64,000 bases of DNA from the human T2T-CHM13v2.0 reference genome, Homo sapiens. The stretch lies in NCBI RefSeq assembly GCF_009914755.1, contig NC_060936.1, one strand, 5' to 3'. The position numbers and the translations under genes were made by a program. Shown piece by piece: positions 40,370-61,272 of the stretch (the first letter of the stretch is position 1; each line of letters begins with the position of its first letter). The notes under the pieces are model-generated. The model was not told the origin of the DNA and did no database searches. It saw nothing but the letters and a program-made list of their open reading frames with translations.

Positions 40370-41337
40370 TTAAAACATGTATTGCCTGCAGAAACAGCTG
40401 AATTTTCAGCAAGGCCCTAAATGGGGCTCTAAATGGCCTCACCACTCACCACAGTATTTTCATTTTCAAATTCCACACATTGTTTGGTCATGTTTCTCCT
40501 TCTCCATCTTTTACCACAAAATGGATGTTTCCCTTCTGATTTGGGAGACTATGTCTTCTTAGAAGAAACATCTAAAAATGGGAAAGCTTGTGATTAAGAA
40601 GAATTTACATCTATAGTCGTGGTCTTTTGAAGATATCTACGGTATCTTCAAAATGTTCAAATGTCCAGGGAAGAAGGAAGTTAAGGGAAGTAATTTGAGT
40701 AGCTTCCCTATTTTTAGAAATTCTATTATGACCAAATTTTCCCAGAGAGGTATTTTTTTTTTTCTTTTGAGATGGAGTTTCATTCTTGTTGCCCAGGCTG
40801 GAGTTCAATGGCATGATCCCAGAGAGGGGATTCTTTAGAGTTCACAAAGTACATCATAATAAGGCATAATAATACCTTATAGTTGTGTCTAATGGATATA
40901 ATATCAAAGAGTTTTCATGATCTTATCCCTGCATTCCCACCAGTCATGTCTCCACTGTGTGTAAGGATGGAAAATGAGATTGAAGGCCATCCCAGACTCA
41001 CAGTCTGAACAGGAGCTCAGACCTCCTGACAAATACTATGTTGGGAAAGGACTCTGAAGCATCCTCCCAGATGCTTGCTCAGACCACACCTTCCTTATAA
41101 TAACTTTATAATAACACCCCAGGTATTATTTTAGCTATTTAACAGAAAAAAAACAAGACTTGGAGAAGATAAATATACTCATCAAGTACACAGTGACTAA
41201 GTGGCAGAGCTATAATTCAGCCCAGGCCTGTCTTACTCAGAGCCTGTTTTAGTGCCTGGGAAGTAAATGATAATTTTTGATAAGACAGTTTCAGTACAGT
41301 GGTCAAGACAGAACACAAATTACAAGGGGTTTATTCA

Positions 41338-41622
<285 letters not shown>

Positions 41623-41804
41623 TCACAAAAAATAAAAATAAAAAAATTAACCAGGTAGTGGTGGCACATGCCTGTAGTCACAGCTACTCAGGAGGCTGAG
41701 GTAGAAGGATTACTTGAGGCTAGGAATTTGAAGCTGAATTGAGCTCTGATCACTGCACCCCAACCTGGATGAAAAAAACCTGAGAAGCGTTTATGTTTGA
41801 GTAA

Positions 41805-42297
<493 letters not shown>

Positions 42298-42340
42298 TAG
42301 CCAGGCTGGTCTCAAATTCCTGATCTCAAGTGATCTGCCC

Positions 42341-42490
42341 GCCTCAGCCTCCCAAAGTGATAAGATTACAGGCGTGAGCCACTGCATCTGGCCTAATTGC
42401 CACATACTTCTGCCTGCCTCAGCCTCCCAAAGTGATAAGATTACAGGCGTGAGCCACTGCATCTGGCCTAATTGCCACATACTTCTGCCT
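42341..42490. repeat. Perfect 75-bp tandem duplication of an Alu 5' end plus flank
   Basis: 42341-42415 identical to 42416-42490. Confidence 0.95.
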
Positions 42491-42585
42491 GACCCTGGGG
42501 CAGCCTGCCTAGAGAAAATGTGATGGAAGAACCCAACAGAGAATAAAAGTAAAAGCCCAGATAGAATTGAAAATGGCCTGAACTT

Positions 42586-42999
<414 letters not shown>

Positions 43000-43431
43000 T
43001 CAGACACAGGGGGCAACCCCTAGGAAGCCAGACTTAAAAAGTAAAACAAGGCCGGGCACAGTGGCTCACAGTGACCCAGCACTTTGGGAGGCCGAGGTGG
43101 GTGGATCATCTGAGGTCAGGAGCTCGAGACCAGCCTGACCAATATGGTGAAACTCCATCTCTACTAAAAATACAAAAATTAGCCAGGCTTGGTGGCAGGT
43201 ACCTGTAATCTCAGCTACTTGGGAGGCTGACACAGGAGAATTGCATGAACCCAGGAGATGGAGGTTACAGTGAACTGCGATCATGTCACTGCACTCCACC
43301 CTAGGCGATAGAGCAAGACTCCATCTCAAAAAAAAAAAAGAAAGAAAAAAAAAGTAAAACAAGAGAAAAGAAACTAAGCAGAGAGATCAGCAGCTACAAA
43401 CCTCAGAGGGGAGACAGAGCTCATAGATTTA

Positions 43432-43635
<204 letters not shown>

Positions 43636-43646
43636 TCAGGAGGCTG

Positions 43647-43681
43647 ATTGCTTCTCAGCCTTTTGGCTAAGATCAGATGTA
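43647..43681 (+). pseudogene. U2 snRNA 5' fragment (nt 1-35), tailless retropseudogene inserted in an Alu
   Basis: ATTGCTTCTCAGCCTTTTGGCTAAGATCAGATGTA vs U2 ATCGCTTCTCGGCCTTTTGGCTAAGATCAAGTGTA (31/35); TSD TACTCAGGAGGCTG(A) at 43633 and 43680. Confidence 0.92.
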
Positions 43682-43685
43682 CTCA

Positions 43686-43838
<153 letters not shown>

Positions 43839-44245
43839 TTAGAAAGTAAAATCGGCTGGGCATGGTGGCTTACGCCTGTAATCCCAGCACTTTGGGAGGC
43901 CAAGGCAGGCGGATCACGAGGTTAGGAGTTCAAGACCAGCTTGGCCAGCATGGTGAAACCCCGTCTCTACTAAAAATACAAAAAAATTAGCCAGGCATGG
44001 TGGCATGCACCTGTAATCCCAGCTACTCAGGAGGCTGAAGTAGGAGAATTGCTTGACCGCAGGAGGCAGAAGTTGCAGTGAGCCGAGATCCTGACACTAC
44101 ACTCCAGCCTGGGCGATAGAACGAGATTCCGTCTCAAAAAAAAAAAAAAAAGAGAGAAAGAAAGAAAGAAAAGTAAAATCAGAGCCAGGTGCGGTGGCTC
44201 ACACCTGTAATCCCAGCAGTTTGGGAGGCTGAGGCAGGCAGATCA

Positions 44246-44491
<246 letters not shown>

Positions 44492-44832
44492 TCACACCCA
44501 TAAGCCCAGCACTTTGGGAGACTGAGGCTGGTGGATCACCTGAGGTCAGGAGTTCAAAACCAGCCTGGCCAACAAGGTGAAACCCGTCTCTACAAAAAAT
44601 ACAAAAATTAGCTGGGCGCGGTGGCGGCGCCTATAGTCCCAGCTACTCAGGAGGCTGAGGCAGGAGAATCACTTGAACCTGGGAGGCGGAGATTACAGTG
44701 AGCTGAGACCGGGTTGTTGCCTGGGCAACAACAGCGAAACTCTGTCTCAGAAAAAAAAAAAAAGAAAAGGGCCGGGCACGGTGGCCCACGTCTGTAATCT
44801 CAGCACTTTGGGAGGCCGAGGCGGGCGGATCA

Positions 44833-45085
<253 letters not shown>

Positions 45086-45454
45086 TCAACAACAGAAAGA
45101 GATCTGGGAAATCCCTATGTATTTGGAAATAAAACAGACTTCTAAATAGCACATAGGTCAAAAGCCACTTCACAAGGGAAATCTTAAAATATTTTGAACT
45201 GAGTAAAAATGAAAATACAACATATCAAAATTTATGGGAAGCAGCTAGAAGTGCTTAGAGGAAAACATATATATAAGAAGAAAAGAAAGGTCTCAAATCA
45301 AATTAAGCTTCTATCTTAAGAAAATAAAAAGAAGGCCGGGCGCGGTGGCTCATGCCTGTAATCCCAGCACTTTGGGAGGCCGAGTCGGGCTGATCCCCTG
45401 AGGTCGGGAGTTTGAGACCAGCCTGACCAACATAGACAAACCCCGTCTCCACTA

Positions 45455-45781
<327 letters not shown>

Positions 45782-46524
45782 TCACACCTATAATCCTAGC
45801 ACTTTGGGAAGCAGAGGCAGGTGGATCACTTGAGCCCAGGAGTTGGAGACCAGCCTAGGTAACATGGTGAACACCGTCTCTTCCAAATAAATACAAAAAT
45901 TAGCCAGTCATGGTGGCACGTGCCTGTAGTCCCAGTTACTCGGGTGGGGATGCTCATGAGATAGAATTGCTTGAGCCTGAGAGGTTGAGGCTGCAGTGAG
46001 CTGAGGTCACGCCACTGCACTCAAGCAGGCAATAGAGCAAAACATTGTCTCCAATAATAATAATAATAATAAGATTAGCCAAGCGAAAAAAATTTTTAAA
46101 AAGGCCAGACATGGTGGCTTATGCCTGTAATTCCAACACTTTGGGAGGCCGAGGCAGGTGGATCACTTGAGGTCAGGAGTTTGAGACCAGCCTGGCCCAA
46201 CGTGGTGAAACCCCATCTCTACTAAAAATACAAAAATTAGCCAGGTGTGGTGGCGGGTGCCTGTAATCCCAGTTACTCAGGAGGCTGAGGCAGGAGAATC
46301 GCTTGAACCTGGGAGGTGGAAGGTTGCAGTGAGCTGAGATCGTGCCACTGCACTGCAACCTGGGCGACAGAGTGAGACTCCATCTCAAAAAATAATAATA
46401 ATAAATTTGTTTTAAAAAAGAGAAGACACTGGCTGGGCGTGGTGGCTTGCGCCTGTAATCCCAGCACTTTGGGAGGCCCAGGCAGGCGGATCACGAGGTC
46501 AGGAAATCGAGACCATCCTGGCTA

Positions 46525-46752
<228 letters not shown>

Positions 46753-47075
46753 CTAGAATGAAAGAGAGGACATCAATCTCTGCCCTACAAAAATTAAAAT
46801 TATAAAAGTATATTATGGGGCCAGGCATGGTGGCTCATGACTATGATCCCAACACTTTGGGAGGCTGAGGTGGGCAGATTACTTGAGCCCAGGAGTTCCA
46901 GAACAGCCTGGGTAACAGTGAAACCCCATCTCTACCATACACACACAAAAAGTATAATGTGAACAACTTTATACCAGTACATTAGGCAATTTAATGAAAT
47001 GAAAAATTCCTAGAAAGGCATAAAGTATCAAGACCAACTCAAGAAGAAATAGGATATCCAAACATACCTATATCA

Positions 47076-47225
<150 letters not shown>

Positions 47226-47753
47226 TCAACCAAAATGTACAAAAATTACCCAGGTGGGGTGGCACATACCTATAGACCCAGCTACTTGGGAGGCTGAGGT
47301 GGGACAATAACTTGAACCAGGGAGGTGGAGGTGTCAGTGAGCTGAGATTGTACCACTGCACTCCAGCCTGGGGCAACAGAGTGAGACCCTGTCTCAAGAA
47401 CAAACAAAAACAATCTAACAATCTTCCCACAAGAGCCCAGCCCAGATGGCTTCATTGGTAAATTCCATTAAATATTTAAAGAACCAATAATACAAATATT
47501 GAACAAATTATTTCAGAAATTAGAGGAGGAACACTTCCCAATTTATTCTATAAATTCAATATTACTCTGATACTAAAACCAGGTAAAGACACTGTAAGAA
47601 AAGTATATATCGATATCCTTATAAATATTGATACAAAAGTCGTCTGCAAACCAAATTCAGCAACATATAAGAGAGATTATAGGCTGGGCCTGGTGACTCA
47701 CCTTGTAATCCTAGCACTTTGGGAGGCCGAGATGGATGGGTCACTTGAGGTCA

Positions 47754-47960
<207 letters not shown>

Positions 47961-48599
47961 TTAAAAAAAAAAAAAAAAAGATTATACAACACGACCAAGT
48001 TGTATTTATTCCAAGGATGCATGGTTGGTTTAAATTCTAAAATAAATTAATGTAATATACAATATTAATAAAGGACAAAAGCTACATGATCATCTCAATC
48101 GATGCAGAAAAAACATTTGACAAAATCCAACCCATTCATGATAAAAACTCAACGAACTAGGAATAGAAGGGAATATCCTTAACCAGATAAGGGGCTTCTA
48201 AGAAAAACCAACAGCAAACATTCTGAGTCTGTCAGCTGGTGAATGGGTAAATAAAATATGCTACATCCATACAATGCAATACTGTTCAGCAGTAAGAAGG
48301 AATGAAGGATGAATGCATGCTACCATATAGATTAAACTCCAGAATATGATGCTAGGTGGCAGAAACCAGATGCACAGGTTAGGATGTTTTTGCTCTGTAA
48401 GGCATTAACCAGTTTTGTATCTATCTATAAATTTTATTCTAATAAAATTTTAAGTGTCTTTCCTAATAAAATATGTAAATTCCTGCTCTTCAAGTGCTCT
48501 TTTCACCAGCTTGACCATTTTACTGCTTCCTTTAGTTAATAAAACTTGATGTTTATTCTATATTTGTATGACAGTCATAATCTTAACTTTTTCAAAATT

Positions 48600-49700
<1,101 letters not shown>

Positions 49701-50183
49701 TGAAGGGAGGGGGCGTGGGGAGGGGATACTCATTTTATTTTTGAGAGAGGGTTTCACTCTTGCCCAGGCTGGAGTGCAGTGGCACCAACATGGCTAACTT
49801 GAGCTCTTGGGCTCAAGCGATCCTCCCACCTCAGCCTCCCCAGTAGCTGGGACTACAGGCATGTACCACCACACCATGCTAATTTTAAATTTTTTTGTAG
49901 GGACAGGGTCTCACTATGTCGTCCAAGCTGGTCTTGAATTCCTGGACTCAAGCGATCTTCCTGCTTCTGCCTCCCAAAGTGGCCTATAATTTTATTTGAA
50001 CAGTAACTCAAACTGGTACTGAAACTAGAGTTCAGTCCCAATTTGTCTAAACAAAAGAAAGTGAAGGGTCAAGAAAAAGGGTTAAATTATGAAGCAAGAT
50101 CCCAGAGACTGTGAGCAGGAATACAGAACTGGGGCACAGGTGGATAGGACTAGTATTAATAAAATCAGGGACGGGGAGCCCTA

Positions 50184-50558
<375 letters not shown>

Positions 50559-50699
50559 TCAGGAGGCTGAGGCAGAGAATCACTTGAACTTGGGAAGTGG
50601 AAGCTGCATCATTGAACCGAGATCATGCCACTGCACTCCAGCCTGGGCAACAGAGCGAGGCTCCATCTAAACAAAAAAAAAAAAAAAAAAAAAAAACGG

Positions 50700-51135
50700 G
50701 AAATGAATTGTCAAATGAGGATATATATAGGGTGAGGTATGGAAGGCTCCTGAGTGCAGCAGCTTCTGTCCTTTGAGTGTAGTGGAGCTGGGGTGCACAA
50801 CCCTCCTGCAAGTGGATATGTTCTTGTTTACCAGTTTGGAACTCTGGGAACCCGGTAGTTTAGGGATTTTTATGGAGGCTTCATCACGTAGGCATGATCA
50901 GTTTTTAACTCAATCCCTAGTCCTTCTCCCCTCCCTGGAGGATGGGGGATGTGGCTAAATTTTCAAGCTTCTAGTCATGACTTTGTCTTTCTGGTGACCA
51001 GACCCTATCCTGAAGCTATCCAGCAAGACACCAAGAGACCCTCATTAGTACAAAAGATGCTCCCATCACCTAGGAAGTTCCAAGGATTTAGGAGCTCTGT
51101 GTCAGGAACTTGGTGCAGAGGCAAAACACATATAT
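50700..51135 (-). mobile_element. MER21-family LTR fragment
   Basis: ATAGGGTGAGGTATGG..TTTTATGGAGGCTTCATCACGTAGGCATGAT..TTCTGGTGACCAG..AGGGATTTAGGAGCTCTGTG-like segments paralleling the 34.4-35.5 kb copy. Confidence 0.7.
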
Positions 51136-51590
51136 TTTTTTTTTATTTTTTAAGTAGAAACGGGGTCCCTCTGTGTTGCCCAGGGTGGTCTCAAACTCCT
51201 GAGCTCAAGTGATCCTACCACTTCAGCCTCCCAAATTGCTGGGATTACAGGCTTGAGCCACTGCACCTGACCTCAGGCTGTTTTAGAGCAAGTCTTATCC
51301 TCACACCAAATGCAGATGGAGAAACTCACCCAAAATACAACTACGGACCTTGCCAAGGTTACTCTATTTAATCACACTATAAGCCAGAATTCCTAGTAAT
51401 TATAATGGCTCTGAGAGTTTACAGTGAATAGTCTAATTCAGTATTTTGTTATTCTAATCTTTACTTTCCTTACTCTGCAGTGCTTTTCCCTTTGTATTTT
51501 ATCTTGTCCTTGTCTTTAAAGGTCAAAATGATTCTGTTGCTTGCTAAGAAACCAACTACCACTTTCCCCAGCAGCTGAACTTATCTTTAA

Positions 51591-51593
<3 letters not shown>

Positions 51594-51621
<28 letters not shown>
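51594..51621. repeat. (AT)n microsatellite
   Basis: Read directly. Confidence 0.9.
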
Positions 51622-51725
51622 TTCTCTGATAGAGGTCTTGCTATGTTGCTCAGGCTGGTCTCAAACCTCTGGACTCATGTGATCCACCCACTTGGTCTTC
51701 CAAAGTGCTGGAATTACAGTCATGA

Positions 51726-52068
<343 letters not shown>

Positions 52069-52098
52069 TAGGCTTCCATAGCAATGTGCTTGAGGCTA

Positions 52099-52326
<228 letters not shown>

Positions 52327-52586
52327 CTAGTGTGCTTGGGGTTAGGCCCTCCTGGCCTTGACCAAAGGCCATGAAACCCCCAATGCAACTGAGCAAGTGA
52401 GCATCAGCGAAACAGGCTGTGTAGCTTGTCAGGTGATCTCTGTTCCAGGATAATTTTTTTTTCCTCTGAAACAACTTTGGTTTATTATCAGTCATTTCGT
52501 GCAGAGTAAAGAGAAAGAACAGCGTGAATTTAAAATTTGTTTCTTTGTTTTGAACAAAAATTATTTCTTCTTTTTCTTTTCCACAG

Positions 52587-52701
52587 TGTGTGAACCCAGC
52601 TCTGTCCCTTGGGTTCCGTACATATAAATGGAGCAGCTGAGGGAACTGGATAAGAAGTCGATTTTGTAGTTACAGGCTGTTCCGTATCACCCATTTACAA
52701 G
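52587..52701 (+). other. Candidate 115-nt cassette exon within the long upstream TUBA1C intron
   Basis: Acceptor TTATTTCTTCTTTTTCTTTTCCACAG| and donor AAG|GTCAGT; no transcript evidence available. Confidence 0.35.
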
Positions 52702-53854
52702 GTCAGTGGGGACTGAAACTGACCAAAACAGAGAACTATGTACTTTAAAATGAGGAAATCTTTATCTATCAGAAACACACAAAGAACTTTCAGGGGTTCT
52801 AAAGGGCTTATATTCCTGACTCCATTGGAACAAAATATGCTGGAGGGTAAGGAAAAAGGTATATGGACTAGAGGATCAAAAACAGCAAAGTGTTGTAAAA
52901 ACAGAGGCCTGCAAGTGCAGACCCTCATCTGTTAGAACCCTGTTCCAGCCTCCTTCCTTCACTGAATCTCCTGAGGGGTTTGGGGACATTGCAGATTTTG
53001 ATGATTTGGGGAAATAAACATGTAATTAAAGTTGTAGATATAAAAGTGGTTCTATATTAATGTTCTTGGAGAGAAGACAGTAATTTAGGCCAGGAGCGGT
53101 GGTTCACGCCTGTAATCCTAACACTTTGGGAGGCTGAGGCGGGTGGATTACCTGAGATCAGGAGTTTGAGACCAGCCTGGCCAACATGATGAAACCCCGT
53201 CTCTACTAAAAATACAAAAATTAGCTCGGCATGGTGGTGGGCGCCTATAATCCCAGCTACTTGGGAGTCTGCGGCAAGAGAATCACTTGAACCCAGGGGG
53301 CAGAGGTTGCAGTGAGTCCAGATCAAGCCACTCCATCTCAAAAAAAAAAAAAAAAAGAAGACAGTGGTTTAGAAATGAAGGCCTTAAAGCCAACCTCCTG
53401 AGGGAAGGGTTGGGATTCCAAAGAAGGCTGGACTGAAGGCAACATGCGCTGCTGTGTGACCTCAGGGCAGTTCCCAAAGCCAGGCAGCCTCCATTTCCTC
53501 TCCTGTAAAATGGAGGTAACAATAGTGTCTACCTCATAGGATTATCGTGAAGAATAAATAAGTTAAAGCATTTAAAATCCTCAGTCCAGGGATGAACACC
53601 TAGCATGCAGATACTGGTACTAGCAGTGGAGGGGCTGAGGAATGGGGGCAGGAAGAGGCATTTATTTTTTTTTTAATTTTACGTTTGCAGGCCAGGCGAG
53701 GTGGCTCAAGCTTGTAATTCCAGCACTTTGGGAGGCCAAGGTGGGAGGATTACTTGAGGCCAGGAGTTTGAGACAGTCTGGACAACAGCAAGACCCTCTC
53801 GCTACAAAAAATACAAAAAATTAGCCAAGCATGGTGGCGCACACGGTAACCTCA

Positions 53855-55898
<2,044 letters not shown>

Positions 55899-57534
55899 TA
55901 CATGAGTAAGAAGAGACCGGTTTCACCTCTAAGTTTCCTAACTATAATTTATGCACTGATATTCTCTCTAGTATTCAGATTCCATGCTTTAATTATGTAC
56001 GAAAAAACATTACTTAGTGTACTTGATAATGGCTGGCTGTGTGTCCTGGGAGCAGGAGGAGGCAGGTGGAGATGCAGAAAAGTAAAAAGGAAAAGATTAT
56101 CCTGAGATTCACAGTCCCTAAGCAAATTCCCCATTGTTTTGCTTGGTTGCAAGAAGTTAGTCGCAGGGAAAGAAAACCTTCAGGGGCCTTCTACTTTGGG
56201 CTGCCTGAGTGCTTTTTCAGTACATGAATAAATTTATTAAATAAATGTTACTATAAATAGAAAAGTTTTCCAGGCTCTATGATATAGTCCTTTTATTAGA
56301 GTAATACTGTAGACAATTGAAGAATATGAGTAGTTCCTTTTACTTTTCCTCCAAGAGAATTTTATCTGTGTATCCTAAAGGAATGGGGGAAGGGGGCAAG
56401 GGAATGGTAGTTAATTCCAGAAAAGATTAGCAAGAGCTTGAGTAAGAAGTCTTGGGTGTAGGGATACAGGGTGGGAATACAGGTCAAAGGAACCGGTTCA
56501 GTTGTTTCAGTTAGTCACCGAGGAAGTGATGCCACAGCACTGTATTTTTAGGAAATATAAAGCAGATCAGAACAAGCCAAATCTCAGTGGAAAGAAAATG
56601 TGTAATTTCAGAGATGAAAGTCAATCTTCTATGGTAATCTCCCAGAATGGAGCTAGCATTTCACATACTAAGCCCTGCCAAAGGGGAAGTCGTCCAAAAC
56701 ACAGCTCAAATCAGGGAGGAAGAGAACTTCTAAAGAATTTGTAGGAACTTTTAAAGACTGCAAACATTTGTGGGATAAAAGAGAAATAAATAAAAGTTAA
56801 AGGATCCAAGGACTGTTTTTCCCATAAAATAAAATAACATGTTACCTAGAAAGTAATGTCCTGCTATTCTGTACATACAAGGCATAAAAAAGGAGAAAAA
56901 ACAAACTGCCTTGAAATACATAATTTTATTTCTTTTGGGTGGAACAGGGTCTGTTTTCCCCCCAGGCTGGAGTGCAGTTGCATGATCTTGGCGTACTGCA
57001 GCCTCAGCCTCCCAGGCTCAAGTGATCCTCCCACTAAAGCCTTCCGAGTAGCTGGCCGACAGGCACACACCACCATGTCCAGCTAATTTTTTTTTTAATT
57101 TTCATAGAGACAGGGTTTCGCCATGTTGCCCCAGGCTGGTCTCGAACTCCTGGACTTAAGCAATCTGCCCACCCTGGCCTCCCAAAGTGTTGAGATTACA
57201 GAAATGAGCCACCTCACCTGGCTGAAATGCATAAATCTTAAAAAATGCTTATTGTAGGCTGGGCGCAGGGGCTCATGCCTGTAATCCCAGCTCTTTGGGA
57301 GGCCGAGGCAGGCAGATCACCTGAGGTCAGGAGTTTGAGACCAGCCTGGGGCTCAGTGGCGCTGAGCCAAGATAGCGCCATTGCACTCCAGCCTGGGCAA
57401 CACAGCGAGACACCGTCTCAAAAAAAAAAAAATGCTTATTGTAAAGAAGGTTGTTCAACTGCAGAGTCCTAGCTGTCCTTTGGGGTTGTTAAAAGTAGGG
57501 TAAATTTTTTTTCTTGTTACATTAGTAACCTTAC

Positions 57535-57618
57535 CATAGGACTACAAATTCAATAAATGACTTTTCTAGGACTTCCCTTTCCCTGTTAACTAGAGCCAAT
57601 AACAGGCTGAGGAAGAAC
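57535..57618 (-). ncRNA. Putative 84-nt internal exon of the antisense transcript
   Basis: Minus-strand acceptor GTTGTCTCTTTTATTCTAG|GTTC and donor CTATG|GTAAGG in unique sequence. Confidence 0.5.
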
Positions 57619-58237
57619 CTAGAATAAAAGAGACAACTGTCATTGTAGGTATTTAATCTGACTCCTATCTCTTGTGGTTTGGGGTAAATTATTTCAAGTC
57701 TCAGGACTTTATTTTCCACAGTTCCATAATAAATACCTTTGTAAAAACTCATTTATAAAAACTCTACCAAGGCACTATTGCAGTAGAAAACATTTTGTTA
57801 TAAATTTCTACATAAGCACAAAATATTCCTACATCATTAATTGTATCATGTAATTTGTAACTGAACACAAACAAATACTTCAGCATTACTAGTATCTCAG
57901 CAAAGAAAACAGGAGTTAGGCTGAAAAAAAATAAGGTTCAGTTTTATCTGAATTCTTTTCTCTTTACTAATGTTTTGTGATGTTTTGTGAACATGCTATA
58001 TGGTCATTTAAAGCCCAAGAAAGCTGCAGTAGGTATGCAACGCTTATTTCCCTAAAGCATTGTAAGATTACAACGAAAGCCCCATCTGTAATTATTTATC
58101 TAATGTTCTGGTGATTCTTCAGTCAAGATGTTGACTGAGGAAGCATGTTTTCTCCTTTGCTCATATTTGTAGAGCTCACATGAACCCCACAAACTTTGAG
58201 TCACACATCACAGAATGTTAGGGCTGTAAGGGCCTTA

Positions 58238-58669
<432 letters not shown>

Positions 58670-58675
58670 CTATTA

Positions 58676-59113
<438 letters not shown>

Positions 59114-59142
59114 CTACCCAGGAAATTTTTCCCCAAAAAATT

Positions 59143-59157
59143 CCAGCAGAGGGCAGC
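59143..59157 (+). promoter_or_regulatory. CTCF motif (forward), ~2.1 kb upstream of the TUBA1C TSS
   Basis: CCAGCAGAGGGCAGC matches CCASYAGRKGGCRSY. Confidence 0.6.
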
Positions 59158-59191
59158 AAATTTAAATATGGATCCCAATGCTTAAAATTAA

Positions 59192-59416
<225 letters not shown>

Positions 59417-60248
59417 TAGCCAGGCTGGTCTCAAACTTTTGACCTCAAGTGATCCGCCCGCCTCCCAAAGTGCCAGAATTACAGACTTGAGCCACTGCGC
59501 CAGGCCTGTTGGTTGTTTTTCTTCCCTATCCCACTCCCACTTCCCTATCTTCCCTATTCCCTCTCCATGAGGCAGAGCCATCAGTTTTGCTCACAAACAT
59601 ATTCCCTAAGCATCTCGGATACTGTGCTAAATATATCTGGGGAATGAATGAAAAAGTTGAAAAGCTCTACTAAGACTAAAATCTCTACACATATGTTCCA
59701 CAAGGGCCATTTTGTATGTGTGAGTTGAAGTATATCTTGAACTCCTGACCTCAAGTGACCTGCCTGCCTCGGCCTCCCAAAGTGCTGGACTTACAGGCAT
59801 GAGCCACCGTGCCCGGCCAGAAAATTCACTTTTGTTCCCTCAATATTTCCATAAACTCTGTATCTCCCAGAGATGGTCAAGGAATTCATGAGCTAAGATA
59901 ACATGATAGAGTTGCAGAGAAACAAAAACAACAGAAATAAAAGGCGCTTCTGAGAAACCTTGGCAGAGATGGTCAGAGAGGCACATTTAGTATGACGCAG
60001 TACAAGTTAGTGTTGAAGGGTTTAATTCCTCGGAGCTCTACTTTCCTCATCTGTAAACTAGGGATAATAATTCATAGAGTTTGTCATATGGATGAAATGT
60101 GATCATGTGATATGAAAAGCCAACTACTCGGCCAGGCGCGGTGGCTCACGCCTGTATTCCCAGCACTTTGGGAGGCCGAGGCGGGCGGATCACGAGGTCA
60201 AGAGATCGAGACCATCCTAGCTAACACTGTGAAACCCCGTCTCTACTA

Positions 60249-60443
<195 letters not shown>

Positions 60444-60843
60444 TTAGCAATCAAAAAATGTAAGCTATTCATTATCCTAATGAACTGAAAAAACTGCTTT
60501 TGCGCCTATCGGGAGGAGACTGTTAGAAGCCAAAGGCTCATTTAAAGAGGACGTAAGGAAAAGCAACCAAAAAGGTGGGAATAGAGTTTAAGGCGCGTTC
60601 GTGGTGATTCAGACCTAGAGTGGGGAGCAAGCCCTCTCTCTGGACAGCCCTCAGCGGCGAGGGGAGCGGGCGCCCGCGGGCCCAGCCGGGGTGCCCGGCA
60701 GCCAGGACTCCGAGGCGGAACCCGCAGCCTGGTCCCGGCGTCGGCGCCTCCCCGGCGGCGTAGGGAGCGCAGCCGCGGGGACCGGGGGCGAGGCCGGGGC
60801 GGTGCAGTAAGGGCTTCCCTCCTGGGCGCGGTCGCCCTCTTAC

Positions 60844-60980
60844 CTGGAGCTTCCCCTCGCTGGGGTTTTGCCCACCTGACGCCCCCGCACCCACCGGGGA
60901 CGGGGCAGACGTCCGGCCTGCTCCCTCCTCCCAGTGGACACCTCTGTCCCTGTCCCGGCCCATTCTCCAGCCCCAGAGCC
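60844..60980 (-). ncRNA. Putative first exon of a divergent antisense lncRNA (5' end approximate)
   Basis: Strong minus-strand donor CCAG|GTAAGA at 60844/60843 inside the CpG island, ~430 bp upstream of the TUBA1C TSS. Confidence 0.6.
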
Positions 60981-61067
60981 CTTCCTGCCCTTCCTCCCCT
61001 TCCTCCCCTTCCTCCCCTTCCTCCCCTTCCTCCCCTTCCTCCCCTTCCTCCCCTTCCTCCTCTTCCT
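60978..61067. repeat. 9-bp VNTR, 10 units: (GCCCTTCCT)2(CCCCTTCCT)7 CCTCTTCCT
   Basis: Read directly. Confidence 0.95.
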
Positions 61068-61272
61068 GCTCCTGGCTCCTTCCGACGAGTTTGGTTTGAA
61101 CTTTTGAATCCGCCAATCAGCGCCGCGCGCCCCCACTCCGCGGGTGCGGCCGGGCGCAGGCCAGGGCTCGAAGGTGGGGCCGCAGCGGCACGGGGCGGGG
61201 TCTGGGGCCCGCCCTCCCGACACGTGGCCGGGGACCGGGTATATAAGGCCCTTCGGGGCCGGCCACCCTTTC

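Noticed and set aside
42341-42490. Repeat-spacer-like pattern (also the 9-bp VNTR) as a CRISPR-type array
   Set aside because: Head-to-tail duplications without unique spacers, in eukaryotic DNA with no cas genes
43647-43681. Functional U2 gene or target site of a U2-specific retrotransposon
   Set aside because: Only 35 nt, with no Sm site or snRNA promoter; flanked by TSDs of Alu sequence, so U2 is the insert rather than the target
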